From: an uncultured Chloroflexia bacterium
Lineage (GTDB): Bacteria; Chloroflexota; Chloroflexia; QHBQ01; JADMIH01
Reading direction: 5' to 3'
NCBI GenBank assembly: GCA_963797095.1
Contig: CAWCNY010000008.1
Span: 111,431 to 175,430 of the forward strand
DNA length: 64,000 nt
Shown here: positions 54,017 through 63,503 of the stretch, one piece after another
Numbering within the stretch: the first letter of the stretch is position 1
Layout: each line of letters begins with the position of its first letter
Translations under genes and position numbers: made by a program
Notes under the pieces: generated by a model
The model's database searches: none
What the model was told of the DNA's origin: nothing
The model's input: the letters and a program-made list of their open reading frames with translations, nothing else

Positions 54017-55216
54017 GGTGTGGGGAGGATTTGCAGCCAATCGAGGTGGAGCAGCGCGTAGCGCTCCCTGCGGAGCAGCGCGTAGCGCTCCCTGCGGAGC
54101 AGCGGAAGGCGAGGGCACGGGAGTTGCTGTTGTGGTCTTTGTCTCCACCGTGGGCACCGCTGTAGGCACCGCTGTAGGCACCGCTGTAGGCACCGCTGTA
54201 GGCACCGCTGTCGGGGGCGCTGTGGGATCGAGGAGTGTTATGGGCACGATCAGCAGCTTGAGGGCTACGGGTTGGCCCAGTTGGGCCGCGATATCTTCTT
54301 GCATGGATAGTGCCTCTTCGCGAGTGATAATGTCGGGCGAGCGAACGGTGGCTTCCACCTGGAAATGGTCTCCCTGCCATAGCTTTTCGAAACTGACCAG
54401 CCTGCTACCGTCGAGAGCGGCCAGTTCTCTTATGAGAGTAGAACGAATCGATAGATTATCGTTGGAATCGTGGGCGATCTGTAACAAGAAGCCGCCGAGC
54501 GGGATGGCAACGGTCAAAATGAGGCCACTCGATATGAGGAGAGCGTGGGGCACCGGTTGCTCCTCCCTGATGCTGGCTATAGGTCCAAAGCCTACTATGG
54601 TGAAGACAACACAACCTGCGAAAGCTATCGCCACCAGGTTAGCCAGAAAGAGGAGCAGCGCCCCTAAACTGACATCGCCGCGCCCTTGCGAAAGGCCGAT
54701 GCCGACCACGCAGAGAGGAGGCATCAGGGCGGTGGCAATGGCAACTCCGGGCAAAGTGGCCGAAAGTTCAGGCTGTGCCAGCGCGTATGCTCCCGCCGCC
54801 CCGCCCGCGAGTGCCACAGCCATATCGAATAGAGTAGGATGGATGCGCGTCGTCACCTCGGTGGGCAATTCTTCGAGGAAGTTGAGACCGCCGACCGACA
54901 CAAGAGTGCCAAGCAAAGCGCTCAAGACCACGGCCAGCACCATACCACCCACCAGGGTGGCAAACGCCCTGCCGAAGCGGCGCAGGTCGCCTCGGACCAG
55001 CGATAGGGCCGTGCCCAGGATAGGAGACATGAGGGGGGCGATAAGCATCGCTCCAATGATCACCGCGCCGCTGTTCAGCACAAGGCCGAAGGTCGCGATG
55101 ACACCGCTTAGAAAGACCATTAGTAAGTAGTCTCGGAGCGCGCTGACCGACCGATCCAGGTCGTGGATGACCTCCAGCCTCCGCTCCGCAGACACACGAC
55201 CGACAACGTTTTGCAC
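53894..55216 (-). CDS. DUF389/TIGR00341-family membrane protein with a repetitive C-terminal tail
   Basis: GLVLNSGAVIIGAMLIAPLMSP, VALAGGAAGA, PGVAIATALMPPL and LFLANL motifs; GGAG RBS before GTG. Confidence 0.88.
   Translation of the reverse strand: MQNVVGRVSAERRLEVIHDLDRSVSALRDYLLMVFLSGVIATFGLVLNSGAVIIGAMLIAPLMSPILGTALSLVRGDLRRFGRAFATLVGGMVLAVVLSALLGTLVSVGGLNFLEELPTEVTTRIHPTLFDMAVALAGGAAGAYALAQPELSATLPGVAIATALMPPLCVVGIGLSQGRGDVSLGALLLFLANLVAIAFAGCVVFTIVGFGPIASIREEQPVPHALLISSGLILTVAIPLGGFLLQIAHDSNDNLSIRSTLIRELAALDGSRLVSFEKLWQGDHFQVEATVRSPDIITREEALSMQEDIAAQLGQPVALKLLIVPITLLDPTAPPTAVPTAVPTAVPTAVPTAVPTVETKTTTATPVPSPSAAPQGALRAAPQGALRAAPPRLAANPPHTLLFPHRPPASCRCTCLVSDQRLGVFQVLRIAHKHKYIAYL
54048..54104. 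repeat. About 2.4 x 24-bp GTAG-family repeat GGAGCAGCGCGTAGCGCTCCCTGC
   Basis: Unit identical to 17641-17820; translated here from the opposite strand as AAPQGALR. Confidence 0.92.
54153..54212. repeat. 5 x 12-bp repeat GGCACCGCTGTA encoding PTAV
   Basis: Read directly. Confidence 0.93.
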
Positions 55217-55343
55217 TACAGTTCTCCATTATGATAGCTTTTTACGAATTGCATATTAGAAGTCACGAATTAGCCGATATACCTGTAATTCGTGATTATC
55301 CCACCGACCTGACTGTGGTGCCGGAAAGGGGTTATTAACAGAG

Positions 55344-57473
55344 ATGAGTATACTACAGGGGGGCCGGCAAGAAACGGGTGTATCACCGGGAACCCAAAAA
55401 AGAAGCTGGCTTCCGCAATGGCCGAGACGCGATATTTTGAACGGCACAGGTTTTGAGGGGCAGCGATATCTCGCCAAATGGTTGTTGCTGGGGACATTGA
55501 TTGGCATCGTGGCCGGGCTGGGAGCGGTTCTATTCTATCTTGCGATCCAGTGGGCCACAGATTTCTTCCTGGGCATGATCGTGGGCTATTTCCCCCCCTC
55601 ACCTGCCGGTGAGGGAGCGGGCAAGGCACAGATTGTTGACGCTACGCGGCCCTGGCTTCTGCCGTTCGTGACGGCGCTGGGTGGGCTTATATCAGGTGTG
55701 TTAGTTTTCAAGTTCGCACCCGAAGCTGAGGGGCACGGCACCGATTCGGCCATTGATGCTATTCACCACAAAGGGGGGCGCATCCGGGCGCGCATCCCTC
55801 CGATCAAGCTGATCGCTTCGGCCATCACCATCGGCTCAGGCGGCTCAGGTGGGCGCGAGGGGCCTGCTGCTCAGATATCCGCCGGGTTCGGCTCTCTCCT
55901 CGGCCAGTGGCTCAAACTCGATGCTTCCGACAGGCGCATCGCCGTGTCGGCGGGCATGGGAGCCGGGATCGGGGCGATCTTCCGCGCACCATTGGGTGGG
56001 GCGGTGATGTCCGCCGAGATCCTGTACCTGCACGACCTTGAGGTGGAAGCGCTGATCCCTTCGTTGATCGCTTCGATTGTCGGCTACAGCGTCTATGGGG
56101 CCTTTTTCGGCTACTCGGCTGTATTCGGCGCGCAGCCGCAACTCGCTTTCGACCACCCAATACAGCTTCTATACTACGCCGCGCTTGGCATCCTGTGCGG
56201 GCTGGTGGGCATACTGTACGCCAGAACATTCTACGGGATTACAGACTTGTTTCACAAGATAGCCCTGCCTCGCTGGGTAAAGCCCGCGATTGGCGGCCTC
56301 ATGGTGGGCGCGTTGGGCATAGTGCTGCCTGGCGCTCTGCATATGGGCTACGGTTGGGTGCAGATCGGCATGAGCCAGGACCTGCTTACGCTGCCTTTAT
56401 GGGTGGTGCTTGTGTTTCCCTTCGCGAAGATAGTAGCTACCTCGCTATCCATTGGCTCAGGTGGCTCAGGCGGCATATTCGGCCCTGGAATGGTGGTTGG
56501 TGGGATGTTGGGCGCTGCCTTCTGGCGGATAGGCCACGACCTGCTCCCCCAGATGACATCCGGGCCTGCACCCTTCGTGATCGTGGGCATGATGGCGCTC
56601 TTCGGCGGCATAGCCCACGCACCTCTGGCCGTGATGCTGATGGTCGCCGAGATGACCGGTAACCTGTCGCTGCTTGCCCCCGCGATGGTTGCGGTGGCTA
56701 TCTCTACGGCCCTCGTGGGCGATAATACGATCTACCGCAGCCAATTGCCGAGCCGGGCCGATTCGCCCGCCCATCGAGTGCGCTTTAGTTTTCCACTGAT
56801 GTCGTCGCTGCTGGTGCGCGATGCCCTGTCAGCCCCCGATCCCGTTGTAAAGGCTGACGCTTCCGTCGGGGAGGTAGAGGCAGTGCTGGCCCGCGACACG
56901 ACGCCCGGCGTCATCGTCGTGGACGGTGAGAGAGGCGATGAGTTTGTGGGCGTAATCACGCGCGAAAAACTCCAACGCGAGAATTCATCTGTTTCGCTGG
57001 ATCAGCCGGTGCGGTCGCTTATATCGGGCCATGCGCTTACACTCGATCCCGGCGAGAGCTTGCAGGATGCTCTTGAAAAGCTGTCCGAGCGAACGCTGAG
57101 CTGGGCGCCCATAGTGGATGGAAAGCGGCTTATCGGCAGGCTGACCGCCCGCAATATCATGCGGGTGTACAAAGCGACCTTGCAGCGAAGCGTCAGCCGC
57201 GCCCGCACTTTAACGGACAATACCGCTATGTTCGAGGCGCGCGTTGGCCCTTCATCGCCTCTGGCCGGGCGTACGCTGCGGGAGATCAAGTGGCCTCCCA
57301 ATACGCTGGTAGTGTCAGTGAACAGGGGGGGCGAAACGATCTTCCCCAGAGCCGACACCATGCTGGAAGCAGGTGACGTGGTCAACGTCATGGCTGATAT
57401 TGATCATGAAGAAGTGTTGCGAGCCTTCCTTGAAGGCTCATGGGGAAGTGTGCCATCTCTGGATGGGCATTAG
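55344..57473 (+). CDS. CLC-family anion channel/transporter with a CBS pair and a TrkA-C (RCK_C) domain
   Basis: GHGTD, GGREGP, FRAPLGG, GGIFGP and IY motifs; CBS repeats; LAGRTLREI..LVVSVNRGGETIFPRADT. Confidence 0.92.
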   Translation: MSILQGGRQETGVSPGTQKRSWLPQWPRRDILNGTGFEGQRYLAKWLLLGTLIGIVAGLGAVLFYLAIQWATDFFLGMIVGYFPPSPAGEGAGKAQIVDATRPWLLPFVTALGGLISGVLVFKFAPEAEGHGTDSAIDAIHHKGGRIRARIPPIKLIASAITIGSGGSGGREGPAAQISAGFGSLLGQWLKLDASDRRIAVSAGMGAGIGAIFRAPLGGAVMSAEILYLHDLEVEALIPSLIASIVGYSVYGAFFGYSAVFGAQPQLAFDHPIQLLYYAALGILCGLVGILYARTFYGITDLFHKIALPRWVKPAIGGLMVGALGIVLPGALHMGYGWVQIGMSQDLLTLPLWVVLVFPFAKIVATSLSIGSGGSGGIFGPGMVVGGMLGAAFWRIGHDLLPQMTSGPAPFVIVGMMALFGGIAHAPLAVMLMVAEMTGNLSLLAPAMVAVAISTALVGDNTIYRSQLPSRADSPAHRVRFSFPLMSSLLVRDALSAPDPVVKADASVGEVEAVLARDTTPGVIVVDGERGDEFVGVITREKLQRENSSVSLDQPVRSLISGHALTLDPGESLQDALEKLSERTLSWAPIVDGKRLIGRLTARNIMRVYKATLQRSVSRARTLTDNTAMFEARVGPSSPLAGRTLREIKWPPNTLVVSVNRGGETIFPRADTMLEAGDVVNVMADIDHEEVLRAFLEGSWGSVPSLDGH

Positions 57474-57566
57474 CGCACGACAAGCCCCTGAAGTAACCTC
57501 CATAAACTGCTGGCCGCGACATAAGGTAAGCCTGTTTGGTTGCCCTGTTCCTGTCTGCACACACCA

Positions 57567-57615
57567 TTGACAGTGGTAAAAGGGAGATGCTATGCTATAT
57601 TGTTGGCATAGCAAC
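57567..57615 (+). promoter_or_regulatory. Sigma-70 promoter (TTGACA-18-TATGCT) overlapping the operator-like GTTGGCATAGCAAC
   Basis: Consensus -35, TG-extended -10 and an imperfect palindrome at 57602-57615. Confidence 0.6.
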
Positions 57616-57637
57616 GATTCTAATTGATGAGGTGGCT

Positions 57638-58063
57638 GTGGAATCTCCTGAAAGGTTGGGTACTCTGGTTAGGCGGCTGGCCCGGTTGATGTCGGCTGAG
57701 ATATCGCGCCGCCTAAAAGCATATGATGTCACCCTGGCTCAACTGCAATTGCTCAAGCAGCTTTGGAAACGGGAAGGTCGCTCGCAAGCCGAATTACAGG
57801 AACTGCTGGACCTGGATCGGGCTACGGTGGCCGGGCTGGTGCAACGTATGATCGCGCAAAACCTGATTGAGCGCCAACCTGACCCGGTTGATAAACGCAT
57901 CCAGCGCGTATTTACAACTGAACGAGGCCGCTCTTTGCAGAGCGTCCCCGCCATAATTGAGGACGAAGTGACAGCTAAAACCCTGCAAGGCTTTAGCGAA
58001 GATGAGCGGATGTTCTTGACTCGCCTCCTGGCGCGTGCCCTGCAAAATATCGATAGTGGCTAA
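57638..58063 (+). CDS. MarR-family regulator
   Basis: VTLAQLQLL..SQAEL..LDRATV..RQPDPVDKRIQRVFTTERG; GAGGT RBS before GTG 57638. Confidence 0.92.
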   Translation: MESPERLGTLVRRLARLMSAEISRRLKAYDVTLAQLQLLKQLWKREGRSQAELQELLDLDRATVAGLVQRMIAQNLIERQPDPVDKRIQRVFTTERGRSLQSVPAIIEDEVTAKTLQGFSEDERMFLTRLLARALQNIDSG

Positions 58064-58103
58064 GCGGGACAACGGAGTAGGGTCTCTTTTTGCCCTGCGA
58101 TTG

Positions 58104-58117
58104 GTTGGTATACCAAC
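58104..58117. promoter_or_regulatory. Perfect palindrome GTTGGTATACCAAC, candidate MarR operator for the MFS gene
   Basis: 12/14 identical to the site at 57602 upstream of marR. Confidence 0.65.
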
Positions 58118-58275
58118 GACACATAAGTGGCCGAACAATACTAAAGTGAGAAATAGAAAGACCGCAAAAAGAGGTTGAGACAGACAACCTCATAGAGCCG
58201 ATCGAGGAAAGGCAGGACGGGGAAATTGGCACAAATAGATTTAATACAGCACATCCAACGCAAGGTAATATTGGC

Positions 58276-59628
58276 ATGAACTCCGAAGCCTCCGAGCGTA
58301 CGGCGGCAGCGACTCCCACTGTCGAGACCATCGGGCCGTCCGACGCGCCGACGGAATACGCCCAACCGGAGCCTGCCGAGCGTCGTCGATCGTTCACCGG
58401 CCTGAAAGCGGGCTTTCGCGCCCTGGAAGTCCGCAACTATAGGCTCTTCTGGACCGGTCAATTGATCTCGCTTACCGGCACCTGGATGCAACGCACCGCG
58501 CAAGATTGGCTGGTGATCCAATTAACCCACTCGCCGTTCGATATAGGGCTGGTTACTGCCTGCCAGTTCCTGCCGGTCATGCTGCTCGCCCTGGTCGGCG
58601 GTGTGATTGTTGACCGCCTGCCCAAACATGCGCTGCTCGTCACCACGCAGACTGTACTTCTCGTGCAGGCGGCAGTGTTCACCGTGCTGGTCGCTACCGG
58701 GGTGATCCAGATATGGCACGTCTTCATCCTCGCCGCCGTGCAGGGTCTCGCCAATGCATTGGATGGCCCGACACGCCAGGCGTTCGTACCCGAACTGGTG
58801 GGTCGCAAGCACCTGGTGAACGCGGTGGCTCTCAACTCAATGATTTTCAACGGCGCTCGTATCATAGGGCCGGCGACCGCCGGGGCGCTGATCGGCCCCA
58901 TCGGCATCGCCGCCGCGCTGGGAGTGAATGCTGTCAGTTTCATCCCGGTGATCGGCGGGCTTTTGCTGATGGATCGGCGGGCGCTCTCGCAGGTATCCCC
59001 GGCAGCGAACGGGCGGATCATGGAGCGGCTCCTGGAGGGACTGCGCTACGCCTGGGATACACCGCGCGTGCGTATTATCATGATCATTGTGGCATTCATC
59101 GGCACATTCGGCTACAACTTCAGCGTGGTGCTGCCATTGGTAGCAGGCTTCATCCTGAAAACTGACGCCCAGGGCTTCGGCAGCCTGTCGGCCTTCCTCG
59201 GCATCGGCTCACTGGTGGGGGCGTTTTCGACAGCCTACGCCAAGCAAGTAACGCTGAGCCGACTGCTGGCGGGCGCTGCGGCGTTCAGTCTGCTGCTCGG
59301 GGCGGTAGCTCTTTCAACGAACTACTACCTGACGGCGGGCTTGCTGATGGTTCTCGGCTTCTCCGGTATAGTGTTCCTCACCTCCAGTAACACACTGCTT
59401 CAACTGACTGTGCCTGATGCCCTGCGGGGCCGGGTGCTCAGCATCTTTCTCCTGTTGGGGGCAGGCACCACACCCATCGGCGGTCTGCTGATCGGCACGC
59501 TGTCCAGTCATTTCGGCGTATCCTGGGCGCTGGCGGTTTGTGCCGCGCTGTGTATTGTCGGCGTGGTAGGCGGGTTCCTCTACAGGAGGCGCACACACAA
59601 CTCGGCGGCTGGCCCATCAGATGCGTAA
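58276..59628 (+). CDS. MFS transporter (DHA3/EntS-like)
   Basis: RNYRLFWTGQLISLTGTWMQ, GGVIVDRLPK, PTRQAFVPELV and VPDALRGRV motifs; about 12 TM helices. Confidence 0.93.
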   Translation: MNSEASERTAAATPTVETIGPSDAPTEYAQPEPAERRRSFTGLKAGFRALEVRNYRLFWTGQLISLTGTWMQRTAQDWLVIQLTHSPFDIGLVTACQFLPVMLLALVGGVIVDRLPKHALLVTTQTVLLVQAAVFTVLVATGVIQIWHVFILAAVQGLANALDGPTRQAFVPELVGRKHLVNAVALNSMIFNGARIIGPATAGALIGPIGIAAALGVNAVSFIPVIGGLLLMDRRALSQVSPAANGRIMERLLEGLRYAWDTPRVRIIMIIVAFIGTFGYNFSVVLPLVAGFILKTDAQGFGSLSAFLGIGSLVGAFSTAYAKQVTLSRLLAGAAAFSLLLGAVALSTNYYLTAGLLMVLGFSGIVFLTSSNTLLQLTVPDALRGRVLSIFLLLGAGTTPIGGLLIGTLSSHFGVSWALAVCAALCIVGVVGGFLYRRRTHNSAAGPSDA

Positions 59629-59750
59629 GAGCGACAACGTTCTATGATGGGCGATTGAGCAGCGTGCAGGTCATAACGCAATGCTCGCACGCTTAGCACA
59701 TCCGGGCATCGGAATTCATACCAGGCTCCAGTGGCGGGATTCACCTGAGG

Positions 59751-61370
59751 TCAGGAGTCGTGGTTGGGTTCACGGGTGAGATTGCGGTCTATCTCTTCGG
59801 TCAGCCCGCGGAACGATTGCTCGTCGATTGCCCCTTCAATGGCAAGTTGCTTTAGGGCGTTGCGCTCAATGGCAAGCAAGTAACGCTGCAACGAATGTCG
59901 CTGCCGCTCGCGCAGGGCGCTATCGTGGGAATCTATTTCTTCCAGGCGCTCCACCAACTCCCGTTCCCGCGCAATGTACTCGGCTTTTAGCTCCTCGGTA
60001 ATGCCCGGCACAAGCACTCCCGAATAGCCGTGCCCATCGAGTGTGGAAAGCGCCGCTTGTGTGGCACGCAACTGGGCCAGCACGCGGGCGTATTCTCTCC
60101 TTTGCTCACCGCCTGTTGGGACCAACCGCAACCACTTCATCAGCGGGCCTATAGTCAGGCCCTGCACCAGCAGCGTGAAAAGGATCACCCCGAAGGTCAT
60201 AGCCACGATCTCAGGGCGATGGGGGAAGGGCTCACCTGTGCCAGCCGCCCCAGGCTCGCCTCCGGAAGTGCCGCCCAACGTGAACGGAAGGGAGAGAGCC
60301 ATCGCCAGCGAAAGAGCCCCACGAAGACCGCCCCACACCAGCACAGCCTGCCATGTCAGCGGCGGGGCGCGCTCCCCCAGGTTGAAAGTTCCGAATACCG
60401 CGCTGACCGCAGCCACGGTAACGATGCGCGACAGCAACACGGCCACAATGGCCGCCAGTACATACCAGATGCTATTAGCCAGCACATCCAGGCGCACCTG
60501 CAAGCCCACTAGCAGGAATATGAGCGAGTTGGCAAGGAAGCCGAAGAATTCCCAGGACAGACCCACCGAAATCTGGGTGGTAGCCGAAAAGCTCATGCTT
60601 GGTCCATAGTTGCCGACCAGCAGCCCGGCAGCTACTACAGCTATTACGCCTGAAACCTGTAGCTGTTCGGCCAGGAAATATGTGCCGTAGGCGAGGATAA
60701 GGGTCAGGGCCGTCTCCACCAGGTAATCGTCGAACCGGCTCATGAGATAGGAGGTGGCAAACCCCACGATCAGCCCGATGAATGCCCCACCCACGATCAC
60801 GAAGATGAACTGACCGACCCCGGCACCTACATCGACCTGGCCCACCAGGATGATAGCCAGCAGTACCCGGAATAGTACGAGCGATGTGCCATCATTGAAC
60901 AAGCTTTCTCCCTCCATGATGGTGCGCAAGCGCGACGGCGCGCCCAGTTGCTTGAACGTGGAGACTACCGATACCGGGTCGGTGGCTGCTACGATAGCGC
61001 CGAACAACAGGGCCACCGGCCAGTCGAAATCGGCCAGGAAATGCACGAGCACCCCCACCACTCCCGCTGTAAGAAGCACACCAGGGATCGCGAGAGCGGT
61101 GATCATGCGCCAGTTGTCGCGCAGGTGGGGCAATTGCAGGTTATAGGCGGCCTCGAACACCAGCACGGGCAGAAAGACAGCCAGGATCAGGTCTGGCGTC
61201 AGCACGACTGTGGGCATACCGGGTATCAGGGCGGTGATCAGCCCGGCCAGCACCAACGCCACAGCATAAGGCAAACGAATACGCTTGGTGGCGAGGGCCA
61301 CAATCGCCACAGTCACCAGCATCCAGAAAATGGTAAGCGCGCTGCTTCCGGCCAGGGTCTCGTTTTCCAT
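59751..61370 (-). CDS. Na+/H+ antiporter (CPA1, NhaP-like)
   Basis: FLPVLVFEAA, ATDPVSV, EGESLFNDG and WGGLRGALSLAMAL motifs. Confidence 0.93.
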   Translation of the reverse strand: MENETLAGSSALTIFWMLVTVAIVALATKRIRLPYAVALVLAGLITALIPGMPTVVLTPDLILAVFLPVLVFEAAYNLQLPHLRDNWRMITALAIPGVLLTAGVVGVLVHFLADFDWPVALLFGAIVAATDPVSVVSTFKQLGAPSRLRTIMEGESLFNDGTSLVLFRVLLAIILVGQVDVGAGVGQFIFVIVGGAFIGLIVGFATSYLMSRFDDYLVETALTLILAYGTYFLAEQLQVSGVIAVVAAGLLVGNYGPSMSFSATTQISVGLSWEFFGFLANSLIFLLVGLQVRLDVLANSIWYVLAAIVAVLLSRIVTVAAVSAVFGTFNLGERAPPLTWQAVLVWGGLRGALSLAMALSLPFTLGGTSGGEPGAAGTGEPFPHRPEIVAMTFGVILFTLLVQGLTIGPLMKWLRLVPTGGEQRREYARVLAQLRATQAALSTLDGHGYSGVLVPGITEELKAEYIARERELVERLEEIDSHDSALRERQRHSLQRYLLAIERNALKQLAIEGAIDEQSFRGLTEEIDRNLTREPNHDS

Positions 61371-61506
61371 TGCGTCAATACTCCAATGTGCCCGGGGTTC
61401 TGAGGCCAGGACAGGGCAAAGACCATTTAGCCACACCGAAAATATGTGCAGATGAATAGCAATTATACTGACTGTACGGAAAATGTCGAGGAAAGACCCC
61501 GCCTAT

Positions 61507-62904
61507 CTACTTGCTTTTTCGAGATTGGAGGAAGGCTACCAGGTCGTTCATCTCCTGCGGCGTGAGGATACTTCCGTATGCGGGCATATTGGTGCCCCCA
61601 TTCAGGATGCGGATCGTCATCTGGTCGGCTGACAGGCGATCTCCCACGAAAGTAAGGTTCGGCCCGCGTTTACCCCCTGTGTCGCCCAGAGTATGGCAGG
61701 ATATACACCCCTTCTGTTGGAACAACTGAGAGCCGGAATAGACTGGCCCGGTTGTCGTCCCGATAACGCTTTCAGGGATCGGCGCTGGGTTGAAGTTTGG
61801 CGACCAGTCTGCCTGCACACCTGCTATCCAGAGAGTGCCTACCATCAATACGGCAGTTACCACAACCCCCACTGCCCAGGGACGGCGCGCGGGGTTGCGC
61901 TCGCCCTTGTTGGATACAAATGGAAGCACAAACAAAAGGAAGCCCAGGAAAAGAGGACCGCCAATAATCACGATCGATTCAAGCGCAGGCGGGATCAGGG
62001 CAAGTGCAGCGAAATACCAGAGGAAGTACCAATCGGGGCGCGGGTAAGCCTGGATGATCGTGGGATCGGGCGGTTTGTCCAACTCAGGTGGACCTACTGC
62101 GATGGCAAGCGTAGTAATAGCGACTACCACCACGAGCGCGCCAACCACGTCTCGCCATACTACATCGGGCCAGAACGGCACGCCTTTGGTCTTGAGCAGG
62201 TTATGATACCAGCTTCTATATGTTTTGGGATCTACAGGGTGGCCTTTCTCAGGAGGCTCGGAAATGCCATTGCGTATCACGAGAAAGAGGTGGATACCCA
62301 GGACAAGGAAGATGATAGCAGGAATGAAAAAGACGTGAAATGCGAAGAAACGGCTGAGGGTAGCCCCACCTACCGTATCGCCCGCCAGTATAAACCGCGC
62401 CAGCGGATCGCCCACGATCGGAGCGCGCCCGACCTGCTCGGCAGCCACTATGGTTGACCATACGGCGTTCTGGTCCCAACGCAATAACTGGCCGGTGAAC
62501 GCCATGCCAAGTGTAACCAACAGAAGTACCGAGCCGGTAAGCCAGTTCATCTCGCGTGGGAACTTGAACGACCCCATGAGAAATACGCGCGCCATGTGCA
62601 GGCCGATCAGAAGCACCATCGCCCCCGCACCCCAGTAATGCATACCCCTCAATAGATTGCCCAGGAAGGCTTCATGAGTGATGAATTGAAGGCTATCGTA
62701 GGCGTCAGAGGTAGAGGTAACGAAGGCAGTGGCGAGTGCGATGCCGGTGACGACCTGTACAATGAAAGCAGTAAGCGTGGCGCTCCCCAGGATATACCAC
62801 CATCCCGTGTTTGGCGGCACTGGGTGTTCCGCAATAGGCTTCACAAACTCGCTGGCCCCTGTGCGGTCGTCGATCCAGTGCCACATTCGTTTCAGTATAT
62901 TCAT
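61507..62904 (-). CDS. Cytochrome b (b6 + subunit IV fused) with a C-terminal c-type cytochrome domain
   Basis: Heme ligands RGMHYW..LHMARV and FHVFF..IHLFLV; PDWY motif; CISCH plus distal Met (NMPAY). Confidence 0.92.
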   Translation of the reverse strand: MNILKRMWHWIDDRTGASEFVKPIAEHPVPPNTGWWYILGSATLTAFIVQVVTGIALATAFVTSTSDAYDSLQFITHEAFLGNLLRGMHYWGAGAMVLLIGLHMARVFLMGSFKFPREMNWLTGSVLLLVTLGMAFTGQLLRWDQNAVWSTIVAAEQVGRAPIVGDPLARFILAGDTVGGATLSRFFAFHVFFIPAIIFLVLGIHLFLVIRNGISEPPEKGHPVDPKTYRSWYHNLLKTKGVPFWPDVVWRDVVGALVVVVAITTLAIAVGPPELDKPPDPTIIQAYPRPDWYFLWYFAALALIPPALESIVIIGGPLFLGFLLFVLPFVSNKGERNPARRPWAVGVVVTAVLMVGTLWIAGVQADWSPNFNPAPIPESVIGTTTGPVYSGSQLFQQKGCISCHTLGDTGGKRGPNLTFVGDRLSADQMTIRILNGGTNMPAYGSILTPQEMNDLVAFLQSRKSK

Positions 62905-62966
62905 CAGCACCGCTCCTGTTTATGGTGAGAAATCCGGGCAGGGTGAAAGACCTGCGACTTCTGCTC

Positions 62967-63503
62967 CTAAGTAATAGGTATTGGGCTTGCTTTGATCTCT
63001 ACCTGCCCATCTTGCACGCGCACATCGTAGTGCACAAGCGGTTTCGGGGGTGGGCCCGCGGCTACCGTACCATCTTTGTAGTAGACGCCGCCGTGGCAGG
63101 GGCACAGGAACAGATCCGCGTTCTGCAACCAGTTCACCGGGCAGCCCAGGTGAGTGCAGTTCACCGAGAAAGCCACGAAGGCATCTTCGCTATCGCGGCG
63201 GAGCCATGCGGCGGTCAGGGCGGCGACCCCAGCCCACGGCAGGGGAGACGCGTCTTCAAACTTGACCTGGGTGGTGGTGCCTATTGTGAAGTCGTTCACC
63301 GATCCCACAGGTCTCCATACTTCTGGGGGCTTGCTCAGCAGAGGTGCCAGCAGGAACCCGATCACGGGGAGGCCCACTATGCCTGCAATAGCTCCACTCA
63401 GGCCCAGGCTCAGCTTGTTGAGGAAGGCACGACGCGTAAGCAGCTCGGGGCTTTCCTGCTTCTCTTGCTGCTCCTCGTTTTCAATATCGCTATTCGCTTT
63501 CAT
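62967..63503 (-). CDS. Rieske 2Fe-2S subunit of a Rieske/cytochrome b complex
   Basis: Tat motif TRRAFL, CTHLGC and CPCHGG. Start uncertain (63503 or 63530). Confidence 0.92.
   Translation of the reverse strand: MKANSDIENEEQQEKQESPELLTRRAFLNKLSLGLSGAIAGIVGLPVIGFLLAPLLSKPPEVWRPVGSVNDFTIGTTTQVKFEDASPLPWAGVAALTAAWLRRDSEDAFVAFSVNCTHLGCPVNWLQNADLFLCPCHGGVYYKDGTVAAGPPPKPLVHYDVRVQDGQVEIKASPIPIT

Noticed and set aside
61375-61445. Na+/Li+ (nhaA-type) riboswitch ahead of the CPA1 antiporter
   Set aside because: The location is plausible, but I could not match the conserved motif by eye. It needs an Infernal search.
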